From the NCBI GenBank assembly GCA_030587475.2, contig JAUQYZ020000104.1, positions 1 through 18,434 on the forward strand: DNA of 18,434 nucleotides, given 5' to 3'. The position numbers and the translations under genes are program-made. A model generated the notes under the pieces. It searched no databases. It was given only the letters and a program-made list of their open reading frames with translations, and was not told the DNA's origin. Shown piece after piece: positions 1 through 8,472 of the stretch. The stretch is from Candidatus Sigynarchaeum calidifontis. GTDB taxonomy: Archaea > Asgardarchaeota > Lokiarchaeia > Sigyniarchaeales > Sigyniarchaeaceae. Numbering within the stretch: position 1 is the first letter of the stretch; each line of letters opens with the position of its first letter.

Positions 1-55
1 TGTGGCTCCCGCTCTGGACGGGGTTCGGGTTTAGATTGTGGACTTCGCGGTGGGC

Positions 56-2890
56 TCACGACTGGTTGGACGCGATAACGCTGAACCGGCGCACCTCGCC
101 AACGGGTATCACGTATGTCTGGTTGATTGCGGTGATGTTCCCGCGACCATATACGATGTTCCCGACACTCACGTTCCCGATGGCGACAGCTTCCGAGCCC
201 GTGTTCTTGACATCAAACTCGACCTTGTTCGGGAGCTGCCCCGAGGAGGTCGTCCGGTTCACCTCGATATCGAGGGCTTTTTTAGCCAATACCTTGGACG
301 AGTTGATGTGGGAAATCGTGGTGACCCCGTCGATCCCGTTCACCGCCGCCGTGAATTTGAAGTCCATGACTTGGCCCAACGGAAGGGTCGTGGCGTATGG
401 TTTCCCTGTTGTGGTGGTAAACCAATACCGCTTCGTCTCGTTCGGCTGCACCTCTGGCGTGCCCTCGTACGGGAACGTCTCGAAATCTGCCAAGCACGTC
501 GCCGTCGTGAGATTGATCGGGTGGCTCCCCGTGTTCTTGATAAGCACGTTCCCGAAATTTTCGTAGACAGTCATGTTCAAGATTTCGAAATCCGATTCTA
601 TGGCCGTATAATCGAGTTTGTAAATCTTGACCATGGTGTTCGACGAGAAAAATGCCTTCCGGAACACCTTGAAATCGAAGTACCCGGGCTCGTTGAACAT
701 CTCCTCCCACTTGTTGAGCTGTCTCGGGTTGAGATCTGTCTTGGGCTCGCTCGCGTTGTAGGAATCGTACCTGCGCGGCGGGTAGCTATTGGGATTGTTG
801 GGGTCGCCGTTGATCTCCCGCGCTGCCCAGTACTGGAGCTGGGTGGTCGCCGTGGCGGTGGTTCGCGGTTCCTGGTAGAACATCAGTCGAACGAGCTGCG
901 ACTTGAACCATTTTTCCTCGTATAGCCCGCTGGATTCGTTGATGTAGTCGGCGTAGTTGAAGACCTGGTATTCGCCCGTGTTGGGGTCGTTGAACTTGTA
1001 CCAGTGGTCCTTTTGGTTCAAGCCGGAATAGGACTTGTAGATGTGCGAATAATCGTTGCAGATCTTGACCATCCAAGGCCACTTGCCCTCGTCGCCTCCC
1101 AGTCCAGACACGAGATGCCCGTAATAGACGAGCACGTAATCGGCGTTGAGCTTCTTGAACACCCTCGCGGACTCGAGCTCGTCGTTCAACATCATGCCCA
1201 TGCCCACGAACCCGATGCGCGTCGAGTTGAGGGTGGCGTTGTCGTTCACCGATGTCACGTTCCCGAGTATCGTCGACCAGTACCCGTAATCCCACCACGA
1301 GACGACGACCGTGCTGCTATGAAGGTTCGTCCGCATCCACGTGAGTGCCTCCTCCCAGTCGTGGAATTGCCCGCCGACGACGAGTTCCGTGTACGGTAGC
1401 TGTGTCTTCGCCACATCGGTCGCTTGGGAAACCTGGGCGATGCCGAGCACCCCGATAAAGATGAAAACCGCGTACGACACGCCGGGATCCACGCCTTGCC
1501 TGCTCTCGCGCCGGCGCACGCGTGCTACGTGCATTATGCGCCGCTGGGCGACGATCGAGCCGAATGACTTGAGGATCTGGCTGATACCGTAGGCACCCAT
1601 TACCGCCGCGACCGGCGCGAAGAGCATGATGACGCGGGTCATGGATCCCGTGAAGTAATAGAGGGTGAGGGTCACGATGATCCACACGATGTCGGGATCG
1701 GTGCCGCGCTTGTACGCAAAATAGACGCCGGGCACGATGAAAAGCAACGGGATGAAGGTGTTGTAGTAAAAGATCGCCCACGGCGAAGGCATGTGCTCGC
1801 CTACCGAGGCCACGAGCGAGACTTGCTCGCGGAAGGCCGGGTTGAGCAAGGTCAACATGCGCGACGAAAGATTGAGAACGGGGACGAAAAACGACACGGC
1901 ATAGATGCTGATGGCTCCTACGGCAACAAGAGGGATGGCTAACTTCTTCAACCGCATCCAGAACGTCCGGTACCACTCGGGATCGAATGCTTTCTTGCGA
2001 TACATGAATTCAACGAAAGGTAAGGCGAATAGGACGAGTATCGGGACGAGAAAATCCGTAAAGGTGAAGAAATAATTGATCGGGTCGCGACGCGTCATTG
2101 ACCTGATGATAAAACCTATGGCGATGATCGTCGAATAGCCGATGAGCAGCCTCGTGCTGTATTTCTTGGCCAGGATCAAGATGATAGTGCAGAGGGGCAA
2201 GAGCAGCGCCGTGTAGGTGTAACCACCCCAGGAGATGCCAAGATACCCGAAAGCGAAACCACCGAGCACCCCGTCTATGACCGACCCTCTCTTTACCGAC
2301 CGGATGAAAAAAAGCAGGATGAGCATGGTCGCAAACACGCCAACGGTCTCGTTATCGAAGAACCCCGCGCACGTTCGCTGCATGTATCCGGGGGAAAATG
2401 CAAGGAAGAACGCCGAGAGAATGCCGGCCCTCTTGTCGAGAAGCTCCTTGCCAAGGAAAAACATGACAATGCAAGTCAGCGCGGCCATAAATGCGGGGAA
2501 ATAGAAGCAGACATCGTATAGCGTGACGGGAAAGCCAAGCCCGCTGAGGATCAGGTAGAACAACACGGCAGTCGCCGGGAGCCCGACGTACATCTTGTAG
2601 AACGGGTTTCCCTCGGGATACCAGGACTGATAGTCAATCCATTTCGCCAGTTCCCAGTAACCATTGTTGAGAAGGTATTGCGCCGTCTTGTACTGCGCCC
2701 ACGGGTCAAATTCCTTGATCAAGTACACCCCGTTGAAGACCGGGCTCAAGCGTATGAAGAAGGCACAGATGAAGATGAGAATCAACGAAATGGCCAGAAG
2801 GAAATTGGCGGGAACGATCTTCATCGATGCACGCGCTTTCTCTCCTCCTTCTTGAAAGAATTTCTTGATCTTTGCTGTGAGACTTGGCAT
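56..2890 (-). CDS. aglB: Oligosaccharyltransferase catalytic subunit STT3/AglB (eukaryote-like), 944 aa, with C-terminal beta-rich extension
   Basis: Motifs EFDPW, GFFDNE, SWGGY, SVGEH (SVSE-like), WWDYG and DEGKWPWM (DK motif). Multi-TM N-terminal half. SD-like AGGAG 7 nt before ATG 2890. Confidence 0.97.
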   Translation of the reverse strand: MPSLTAKIKKFFQEGGEKARASMKIVPANFLLAISLILIFICAFFIRLSPVFNGVYLIKEFDPWAQYKTAQYLLNNGYWELAKWIDYQSWYPEGNPFYKMYVGLPATAVLFYLILSGLGFPVTLYDVCFYFPAFMAALTCIVMFFLGKELLDKRAGILSAFFLAFSPGYMQRTCAGFFDNETVGVFATMLILLFFIRSVKRGSVIDGVLGGFAFGYLGISWGGYTYTALLLPLCTIILILAKKYSTRLLIGYSTIIAIGFIIRSMTRRDPINYFFTFTDFLVPILVLFALPFVEFMYRKKAFDPEWYRTFWMRLKKLAIPLVAVGAISIYAVSFFVPVLNLSSRMLTLLNPAFREQVSLVASVGEHMPSPWAIFYYNTFIPLLFIVPGVYFAYKRGTDPDIVWIIVTLTLYYFTGSMTRVIMLFAPVAAVMGAYGISQILKSFGSIVAQRRIMHVARVRRRESRQGVDPGVSYAVFIFIGVLGIAQVSQATDVAKTQLPYTELVVGGQFHDWEEALTWMRTNLHSSTVVVSWWDYGYWSTILGNVTSVNDNATLNSTRIGFVGMGMMLNDELESARVFKKLNADYVLVYYGHLVSGLGGDEGKWPWMVKICNDYSHIYKSYSGLNQKDHWYKFNDPNTGEYQVFNYADYINESSGLYEEKWFKSQLVRLMFYQEPRTTATATTQLQYWAAREINGDPNNPNSYPPRRYDSYNASEPKTDLNPRQLNKWEEMFNEPGYFDFKVFRKAFFSSNTMVKIYKLDYTAIESDFEILNMTVYENFGNVLIKNTGSHPINLTTATCLADFETFPYEGTPEVQPNETKRYWFTTTTGKPYATTLPLGQVMDFKFTAAVNGIDGVTTISHINSSKVLAKKALDIEVNRTTSSGQLPNKVEFDVKNTGSEAVAIGNVSVGNIVYGRGNITAINQTYVIPVGEVRRFSVIASNQS

Positions 2891-2907
2891 GCGTGATCTC
2901 CTTGTTC

Positions 2908-2950
2908 ACAAATGAGAGCAACGAGTTCGGCAATTGCTGCTGCCATTTGC
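2908..2950 (-). promoter_or_regulatory. Predicted stem-loop in the aglB 5' leader
   Basis: Minus strand GCAAATG...CATTTGT encloses AGCAA...TTGCT. It lies between a TTTAAT TATA-like element (~2983-2988) and the SD. Confidence 0.35.
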
Positions 2951-3038
2951 TATTATCTGGAGGGGATCAAAGCTCCGTTGGAATTAAAGCCGTTTGGAAC
3001 ATTCCTTGTGCGACTTCCGGAACGCTTTGCATGAGGAT

Positions 3039-3908
3039 TCAAGACTGGAAGCGAGCAAGGAGGATGACGGCCACGAGCAACAAGATGATGCCAGGAATGA
3101 AAAGCCATGGAAAAACGATGCTTTGACCGAAAAGGAAGGTTCCAGCAACGATCGGGAGGATGTTATTAATTGATGATGAAACGGGAATGACATGAATGGC
3201 TTGCGCTTTTTTGAATGCTCGCTGAGAGAAATATATACCGAACAGCGTTCCCAGCAAGACCCCGGCAAGCCCTGCGATGCCCAGCACCCATCCCAGCACC
3301 TCGCTTCCGGGTAACGACACTGCATCGAACCCGACGGTCACCAGCTGCCCCGATATGGACACCACCGCGTATGATGTCCCGACCAACATGGCGAGGGCTT
3401 GCACCGCCCATTTCCTTGACAGCCTCGCCATGAGACTGCCCGTCACCACGAGAGCTGCGATAGTGATTATAATGGTGATCGCGCTCAAAAGGAACGTGAT
3501 CTGGAAAAAAGCGGATATCGTGACATCGCCGGACACGCCAGCAATGCTCACGAGAAAAATGGCCGCGATTGCAAGTGAAACACCGCACCATTCGATCTTG
3601 GACAGCTTTTCCTTCAGCCCGATGACGGCACCAGCGACGAGCACTAGAAGGCCAGCAGTTGAAAGTGGCTGAGCCAGCGTGATGCCGATCAAGTCAATAC
3701 CGATGAAAAAAAACGGGGCAAAGAGGATCGTTTGCATCAGGATACCAAGAATCCAAAGCGGACGTTTTAAAAATGGGGTAATGTTCGAATCGTCGACTAT
3801 ACCGCTCCTGTTCACTTCCCGCTTCTGTAATATGAGGCCGATGCTGTTTATCGCGGTTCCCGACAAGACACACGCGATGCCGAGGGCGAAATCAAGGCTT
3901 GACATCAC
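3039..3908 (-). CDS. DMT-superfamily transporter, NIPA (Mg2+ transporter)-like
   Basis: About 9 hydrophobic helices. GLILQKR, FLKRPLWILG, LAQPL and LKEKLS patterns are typical of NIPA/DMT proteins. Start is GTG 3908 or ATG 3905. Confidence 0.8.
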   Translation of the reverse strand: MMSSLDFALGIACVLSGTAINSIGLILQKREVNRSGIVDDSNITPFLKRPLWILGILMQTILFAPFFFIGIDLIGITLAQPLSTAGLLVLVAGAVIGLKEKLSKIEWCGVSLAIAAIFLVSIAGVSGDVTISAFFQITFLLSAITIIITIAALVVTGSLMARLSRKWAVQALAMLVGTSYAVVSISGQLVTVGFDAVSLPGSEVLGWVLGIAGLAGVLLGTLFGIYFSQRAFKKAQAIHVIPVSSSINNILPIVAGTFLFGQSIVFPWLFIPGIILLLVAVILLARFQS

Positions 3909-3968
3909 ACGTCATCTCCACTTTTTTTGGAAGGAGAGAATTTTACGAAACATGCGCGTAGCACATGA

Positions 3969-4907
3969 TCAAGACTTCAGCGCGACGCGGAGTAACGTGA
4001 ACATCTGGGGAAGCATGGCAGCGATCTTCGGACCCAGCGCCTCGAGCGAGGGGAAGCTGCCCACCCGGCCGAGAAGAAACAAGTAAGTCTGGGGATCACT
4101 GCCATTTTCGAGAAAAACGGCCGCGAAGTTCTCCGCATCGAGTTTCAACTTGCTGGCCTTGACCGAAGGAAAACGGATCACGGTTTTCTGAAACGATTGC
4201 AGGTACGTGGAACAGAACTGCGCGATGTCCTTGTCCTTGATATCGGCATAGTAATCGGCGATCGTGAGCATGTGCTGGTCATAGAGCACGGCAGCCACCG
4301 CATTTATTTCCTCGGCGAAATCTTTCATGGTTTTCTGCACGAGCACGTCACGGGGATATAAATCCTGGAAGATAGCGGAGAAACTCGACGTGATCGTGTA
4401 GGTGTCGTAGATGGTCGTGTTCTCGAATTCAAGCGGGAAATTGCCGCCGACGATGTCAATGATCCGTTCCTGGAGCATCTCGATGTTCTTGGCTCCTTGC
4501 AAGTCACCATTCAAGACATTCTCTGCCTTGTGGAAAAAGACGTATATTTTCGGGGTGATCCGGAGCTCGATGAATTGCGCGACGAGATCCTTCATGAAAT
4601 CGAGGGTTTCAGTGAAACGGGCGATGTCCTGGATGTCCACGACGTAAATGCAGACGTCCGTCTTGTCAAAATACTTGTCAGCTTGTTTCAAGTACTTGAT
4701 GAGGTATTTTTTTTGACCGCCCAGGTCATGGATCGTTATAACGTAGTCTAGGAACCTGAATTCTTTTCTTTCCACGAATGTAGTGGGTTTGATGTTGGCC
4801 TTGATGAGCCGCTCGGCTTCGAGCGTGGCGACGATCGATGTCTTCCCCGAGTTATCGAGGCCGGTGAAGATTATTTTTTTTGACGTGTCCGGCGGGGATT
4901 CCACCAT
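3969..4907 (-). CDS. Rag/Gtr-like small GTPase with C-terminal roadblock-like domain
   Basis: G1 GLDNSGKTS, G2 PTT, G3 DLGGQ, G4 FFHKAE, G5 TTIYD, plus a ~120 aa C-terminal domain. ATG 4907 is preceded by GGGTG at a 6-nt spacer. Confidence 0.88.
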   Translation of the reverse strand: MVESPPDTSKKIIFTGLDNSGKTSIVATLEAERLIKANIKPTTFVERKEFRFLDYVITIHDLGGQKKYLIKYLKQADKYFDKTDVCIYVVDIQDIARFTETLDFMKDLVAQFIELRITPKIYVFFHKAENVLNGDLQGAKNIEMLQERIIDIVGGNFPLEFENTTIYDTYTITSSFSAIFQDLYPRDVLVQKTMKDFAEEINAVAAVLYDQHMLTIADYYADIKDKDIAQFCSTYLQSFQKTVIRFPSVKASKLKLDAENFAAVFLENGSDPQTYLFLLGRVGSFPSLEALGPKIAAMLPQMFTLLRVALKS

Positions 4908-4964
4908 GTCATTCACCCGTGAAAACAACATCTCCGGCGAGCCATAAAAAATCGATCCTTACTC

Positions 4965-6206
4965 TCACGCGCCGGGAGATTTTCCCCGCGTCACGACGTG
5001 CATGCCCGCTTCCAGGAGTGCCGCGCAAACGATTGCGATACACGCAACCAAAGCCATATCCGCGACCATGCCGACCTTGATGAGCAAGACCAGAGCAATG
5101 CCTCCCACGCCGAACAACAAGGAAGCCAACACGCCGTTCCATGCACAGGAGAGAGGTGAAGCCGCGCCGCGGATGCGTGAACTTGGCACGATGCGGGCTG
5201 CTTGTGCTAAATGGAAAGCGGGCACGATAAGCATTACTGGAACGTCCTGGACAGTGGTCGCGGGGCCGGTAAAAGCCGCGATTGTCAATAAGCCGGTAAA
5301 AACAGAAAGGACAAGCGCTATCATGACATCGAACCAGGCTTTCCAGCCCGCTCGCTGCATCGTACCCGCGGGTTGGGACCGGGTCTTGATACCAATGGCA
5401 GCGGCAAGCCCCGCGGCGGCGCCGAGCCCGGACACAAGCACCATGCGCCACGTTGCACTGTCCATCGAGCTGCCGGAGAGGATGCTCGTTCTTGGCAAGA
5501 CGAGACCCCCGAGAAAGCATGCAAGGAAGGCTAGATATGCACTGGACGTGACGTGGACGAGCAAGGCAAGCCTTTCCTTTGCAAAGAGACGATCCCCAGC
5601 AGGGTTTCGTCGCGGCACGAGGGAATCGATGGCGGCCTCGCCTTGCCTTACATTGATCTTTACCGCTCGCCCGGCGATTATCGAGGCAACTAAAAGCAAG
5701 ACCCCGATAACCGGCTCTATCAACACCGGCGTGCCGCCAATGGCGAAACAAGTCGCGGACACGAGCATCGACGCGGACAGATCGGTGATCGCCCCGTGAT
5801 CATCGCCCCGCTTGGATAAAGAAGCTGCCGATGAAATACAGAGAGACTTGAAGTCGAAAAACGCGCATGCCAGCATGAAAAAGGACGACAGCGATGCGAG
5901 AAGCGCGATGTCATCCGCGAAGGCTAATTGTCCCGAAGTAAAGAGCACGAGCAGGGTCCTGGTGATGATGCCACTTGCCAGGATGATGGCAAGCAAGATC
6001 ATGGTTTGCATTACCGGCGCGAGCCGCCGTGCGAGTGGATAGAAGAATGGGGGAATGATGGCCAAGAAAGGAAACCACGAGAGCGAGAACATGTACAAGT
6101 ACCTCGTCACGATGGCGTGCAGGGTCAAGACGAACCAGGTGAACCCGGCAAAGAACAGCACCGATGCCAGGACACGTTCCCGCCCGCCGGATTCCTCTCT
6201 TGCCAT
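4965..6206 (-). CDS. Polytopic membrane protein of unknown function (about 12 TM, two halves joined by a hydrophilic loop; possibly divergent MFS-like)
   Basis: 413-aa ORF of repeated hydrophobic segments. GGAGG SD upstream. Starts 3 nt after the stop of the upstream gene. Confidence 0.75.
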   Translation of the reverse strand: MAREESGGRERVLASVLFFAGFTWFVLTLHAIVTRYLYMFSLSWFPFLAIIPPFFYPLARRLAPVMQTMILLAIILASGIITRTLLVLFTSGQLAFADDIALLASLSSFFMLACAFFDFKSLCISSAASLSKRGDDHGAITDLSASMLVSATCFAIGGTPVLIEPVIGVLLLVASIIAGRAVKINVRQGEAAIDSLVPRRNPAGDRLFAKERLALLVHVTSSAYLAFLACFLGGLVLPRTSILSGSSMDSATWRMVLVSGLGAAAGLAAAIGIKTRSQPAGTMQRAGWKAWFDVMIALVLSVFTGLLTIAAFTGPATTVQDVPVMLIVPAFHLAQAARIVPSSRIRGAASPLSCAWNGVLASLLFGVGGIALVLLIKVGMVADMALVACIAIVCAALLEAGMHVVTRGKSPGA

Positions 6207-6209
6207 CGA

Positions 6210-7778
6210 TCAAGCCTCCACGACGGCCACGTCGAGCAGCACGTTTTCCTCGAATAACCACCGCTCGCAAGGATGCCCGGCGATGCGGTTTATCGTGACG
6301 AGGATGCCGAAACAGGCCACCACGGCCATGTCCCACGGGAACCTGATCTTGATGCCCGTGTACGCACCATCGTCCCATGTAACGAGCGCTGTTTCCGAGG
6401 GATCGATTACCGGGTCGAAGCATGCCAGATAGGCCGCTTCGTCATCCCACGCGGGCACGCCCAAGGTGGCGATGACCGCGGGATCCGAGGCCCACGTGTG
6501 CAGCACCATGCTTTGCGTGTCGACCCGCACGTTGATCTCGATGTTCTCGCGACCGTGGAACCAGCCATCGTCTTGCATGTCGAGATGAATGGTGAACCGA
6601 TCTATAGCATCGGGAACGCGCATGATCAAGTTCAAGCCCGTCTCGTTCCACGTCGCAGCGAGGGAGATGTTCTGGAAAGTTGCAGGCGTGATCGTTGACG
6701 GCCCATCCAGGATCCAGCCAGACGTGCCGAGGTCGTAGTCATTGCCCATGTCATAAACCCCAGGCGACGCGCGTTCGTTGACGGGGTATAGCGGGTACGG
6801 GTCGATACCATCGAAAATCCCGTCGCCGTCCGTGTCAGGATCCAGCGGGTTCGACGATGTGAAGAGGCCCGCGATGATCTCGTCGAGGTCCCCCAGCCCG
6901 TCGTCGTCCGTGTCCGCCTTGGCGGGCGAGGAACCGGCCGTCGTCTCGGTCAAGGGGAAGTCACCATCGTCTGGAACGCCGTCGCCGTCGAAGTCCGCCA
7001 TCCCGACGACGCGTCCCCAGCCCTTGCTCGCGAGCTTGCCCCACGCGTCGCGGTCGAGCAATCTCATGAAAAAAGCGTTGTAGTCGTAGTTTTCCCCGAA
7101 GTCGCCGTCGAGCGTCCACGGCAAGTCGGGGTTCTGGAACGCTGGATAGCCGCAATACTCGAGCATCGAGTCGACCTGGTGGTTGAACTCGTGGACGAAG
7201 TACCAGCTCCAGGTGAGGGGATCCCAGCACAACGGGATGTCCGTGTAGCCAGTGCTGCCCAGGAACCCGTAATCGACGCCGAACGTCGTTCCCCCGTAGG
7301 CTGCTGGAAGGATGGCCGTGTCCCACGCGTAGAACACGACGACGCCATCGTATTGATCATCGCGCACGCCGCGGGCGCGGAGGTCTTGCTCGACCGATGC
7401 GAATTCTCCGTCCATCGGGTTCACGTCACTGGGCGGCAGCCAGTACCCTCCCCACGGGGCCTCGAGAAATCGCGTTTCGGCCAGGAACTCGTCGATGTAC
7501 GTGTAATCGATCGCCAGGTCGACGACCAGCCGGGAGTTGCGCCAGAAGAATTCCCTCGCCTCGGCGACCTCGCGCCGCAGCGCGGTGATGTCCTGGGCAG
7601 TCGTGGTGCCACCAACCGTGTTCGTGTACACGGCGACGAGCACGTCCACCTTTAAAACGTTCTTGGAACCCATGCCACGCCATTCCAGCGGGATGCCTCG
7701 TGCCACGAAGAACGCGCAGACCGGCGCGGCGACCATCAGCGCGACGGCCACCGCGCGCGCACCACGGCCTCGATCCAT
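6210..7778 (-). CDS. Secreted or membrane-anchored zincin-type metalloprotease with Ca-binding DxDxDG (TSP3-like) repeats
   Basis: N-terminal basic plus hydrophobic signal/anchor. HEFNH (HExxH) at 7179-7193. Repeats DFDGDG, DTDDDG and DTDGDG. Acidic, Trp-rich C-terminal domain. Confidence 0.75.
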   Translation of the reverse strand: MDRGRGARAVAVALMVAAPVCAFFVARGIPLEWRGMGSKNVLKVDVLVAVYTNTVGGTTTAQDITALRREVAEAREFFWRNSRLVVDLAIDYTYIDEFLAETRFLEAPWGGYWLPPSDVNPMDGEFASVEQDLRARGVRDDQYDGVVVFYAWDTAILPAAYGGTTFGVDYGFLGSTGYTDIPLCWDPLTWSWYFVHEFNHQVDSMLEYCGYPAFQNPDLPWTLDGDFGENYDYNAFFMRLLDRDAWGKLASKGWGRVVGMADFDGDGVPDDGDFPLTETTAGSSPAKADTDDDGLGDLDEIIAGLFTSSNPLDPDTDGDGIFDGIDPYPLYPVNERASPGVYDMGNDYDLGTSGWILDGPSTITPATFQNISLAATWNETGLNLIMRVPDAIDRFTIHLDMQDDGWFHGRENIEINVRVDTQSMVLHTWASDPAVIATLGVPAWDDEAAYLACFDPVIDPSETALVTWDDGAYTGIKIRFPWDMAVVACFGILVTINRIAGHPCERWLFEENVLLDVAVVEA

Positions 7779-7835
7779 GTCTGATGACCTCGATGGGCAT
7801 TACCACGCGGCGGGAAAAAAAGCGCGCTGTCGGGA

Positions 7836-8354
7836 TCACTTTCCCTTGCGCTTGCCGAGGCTAGAGGAATAGCGGTCGATGACCGAGGCGAGGGTCTTGC
7901 CCGCATCGATGCCGGCCGCGCCGGATCGTGCGGGTTCCCTGGACGCGAGGAAGTTCACGGCCATCTGTTCCGCGTCCGGATGCGTGGCGCGGTACTCGGC
8001 CCAGCTGCGAGCCATCTCCGCGTTGAATTCCTTGTTCAACCGCTTTGCTTGATCGATGTCCTGGGGCGTGACCGTCCCCGCGTTCGGGCACGATGGAGAC
8101 GGTGCCATCGTGGCCGCCGTGCCATCGTGACCCGTGACCGTGACCGGGAACATGCGACATACCCGTGCCCGATACTCGTATCCCGCGCAAGAATTATCCG
8201 CTCTGAGCAAGGGGCATGGCCCGTGGATCTCGACCGCGAAGCCGTAGTCGATGGCGGCGGCGGCGATGGCGGGGAAGCGGGTGGCGAGCTCGCGATACTC
8301 GGCCGGTGTCATGGGCACGTTGACGCAGCACTTGCCACACTTCTTGCAGTCCAC
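7836..8354 (-). CDS. YkgJ family cysteine-cluster (CxxCxxCC) Zn/Fe-S protein
   Basis: CKKCGKCC, CPLL, C-x-x-YEYR-x-x-x-CRMFP and a further CP. GTG start. Confidence 0.9.
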   Translation of the reverse strand: MDCKKCGKCCVNVPMTPAEYRELATRFPAIAAAAIDYGFAVEIHGPCPLLRADNSCAGYEYRARVCRMFPVTVTGHDGTAATMAPSPSCPNAGTVTPQDIDQAKRLNKEFNAEMARSWAEYRATHPDAEQMAVNFLASREPARSGAAGIDAGKTLASVIDRYSSSLGKRKGK

Positions 8355-8472
8355 GGGAAAAGCCTTCGTGTATCGCGATCGACGCGCGAATCTCGGTCAC
8401 GAAATGGAGCCCCGGAAAAAAAACGTGGCGCTTTTTACACATGTGGCATATTGACGGGAACCATCGTGCTCC

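Noticed and set aside
1-58. Selenocysteine readthrough or SECIS after TGA-ending genes
   Set aside because: The proteins appear complete at their TGA, none is a known selenoprotein family, and no convincing SECIS core was seen.
38-925. 295-aa plus-strand ORF and similar ones over aglB
   Set aside because: Antisense shadows of aglB.
4909-5799. 280-aa alternate-frame and 265-aa antisense ORFs
   Set aside because: They overlap the membrane-protein gene and have Arg/Ala-rich non-protein composition.
6800-7000. DNA tandem repeat or CRISPR-like gtcgccgtc periodicity
   Set aside because: Explained by the encoded DxDxDG protein repeats.
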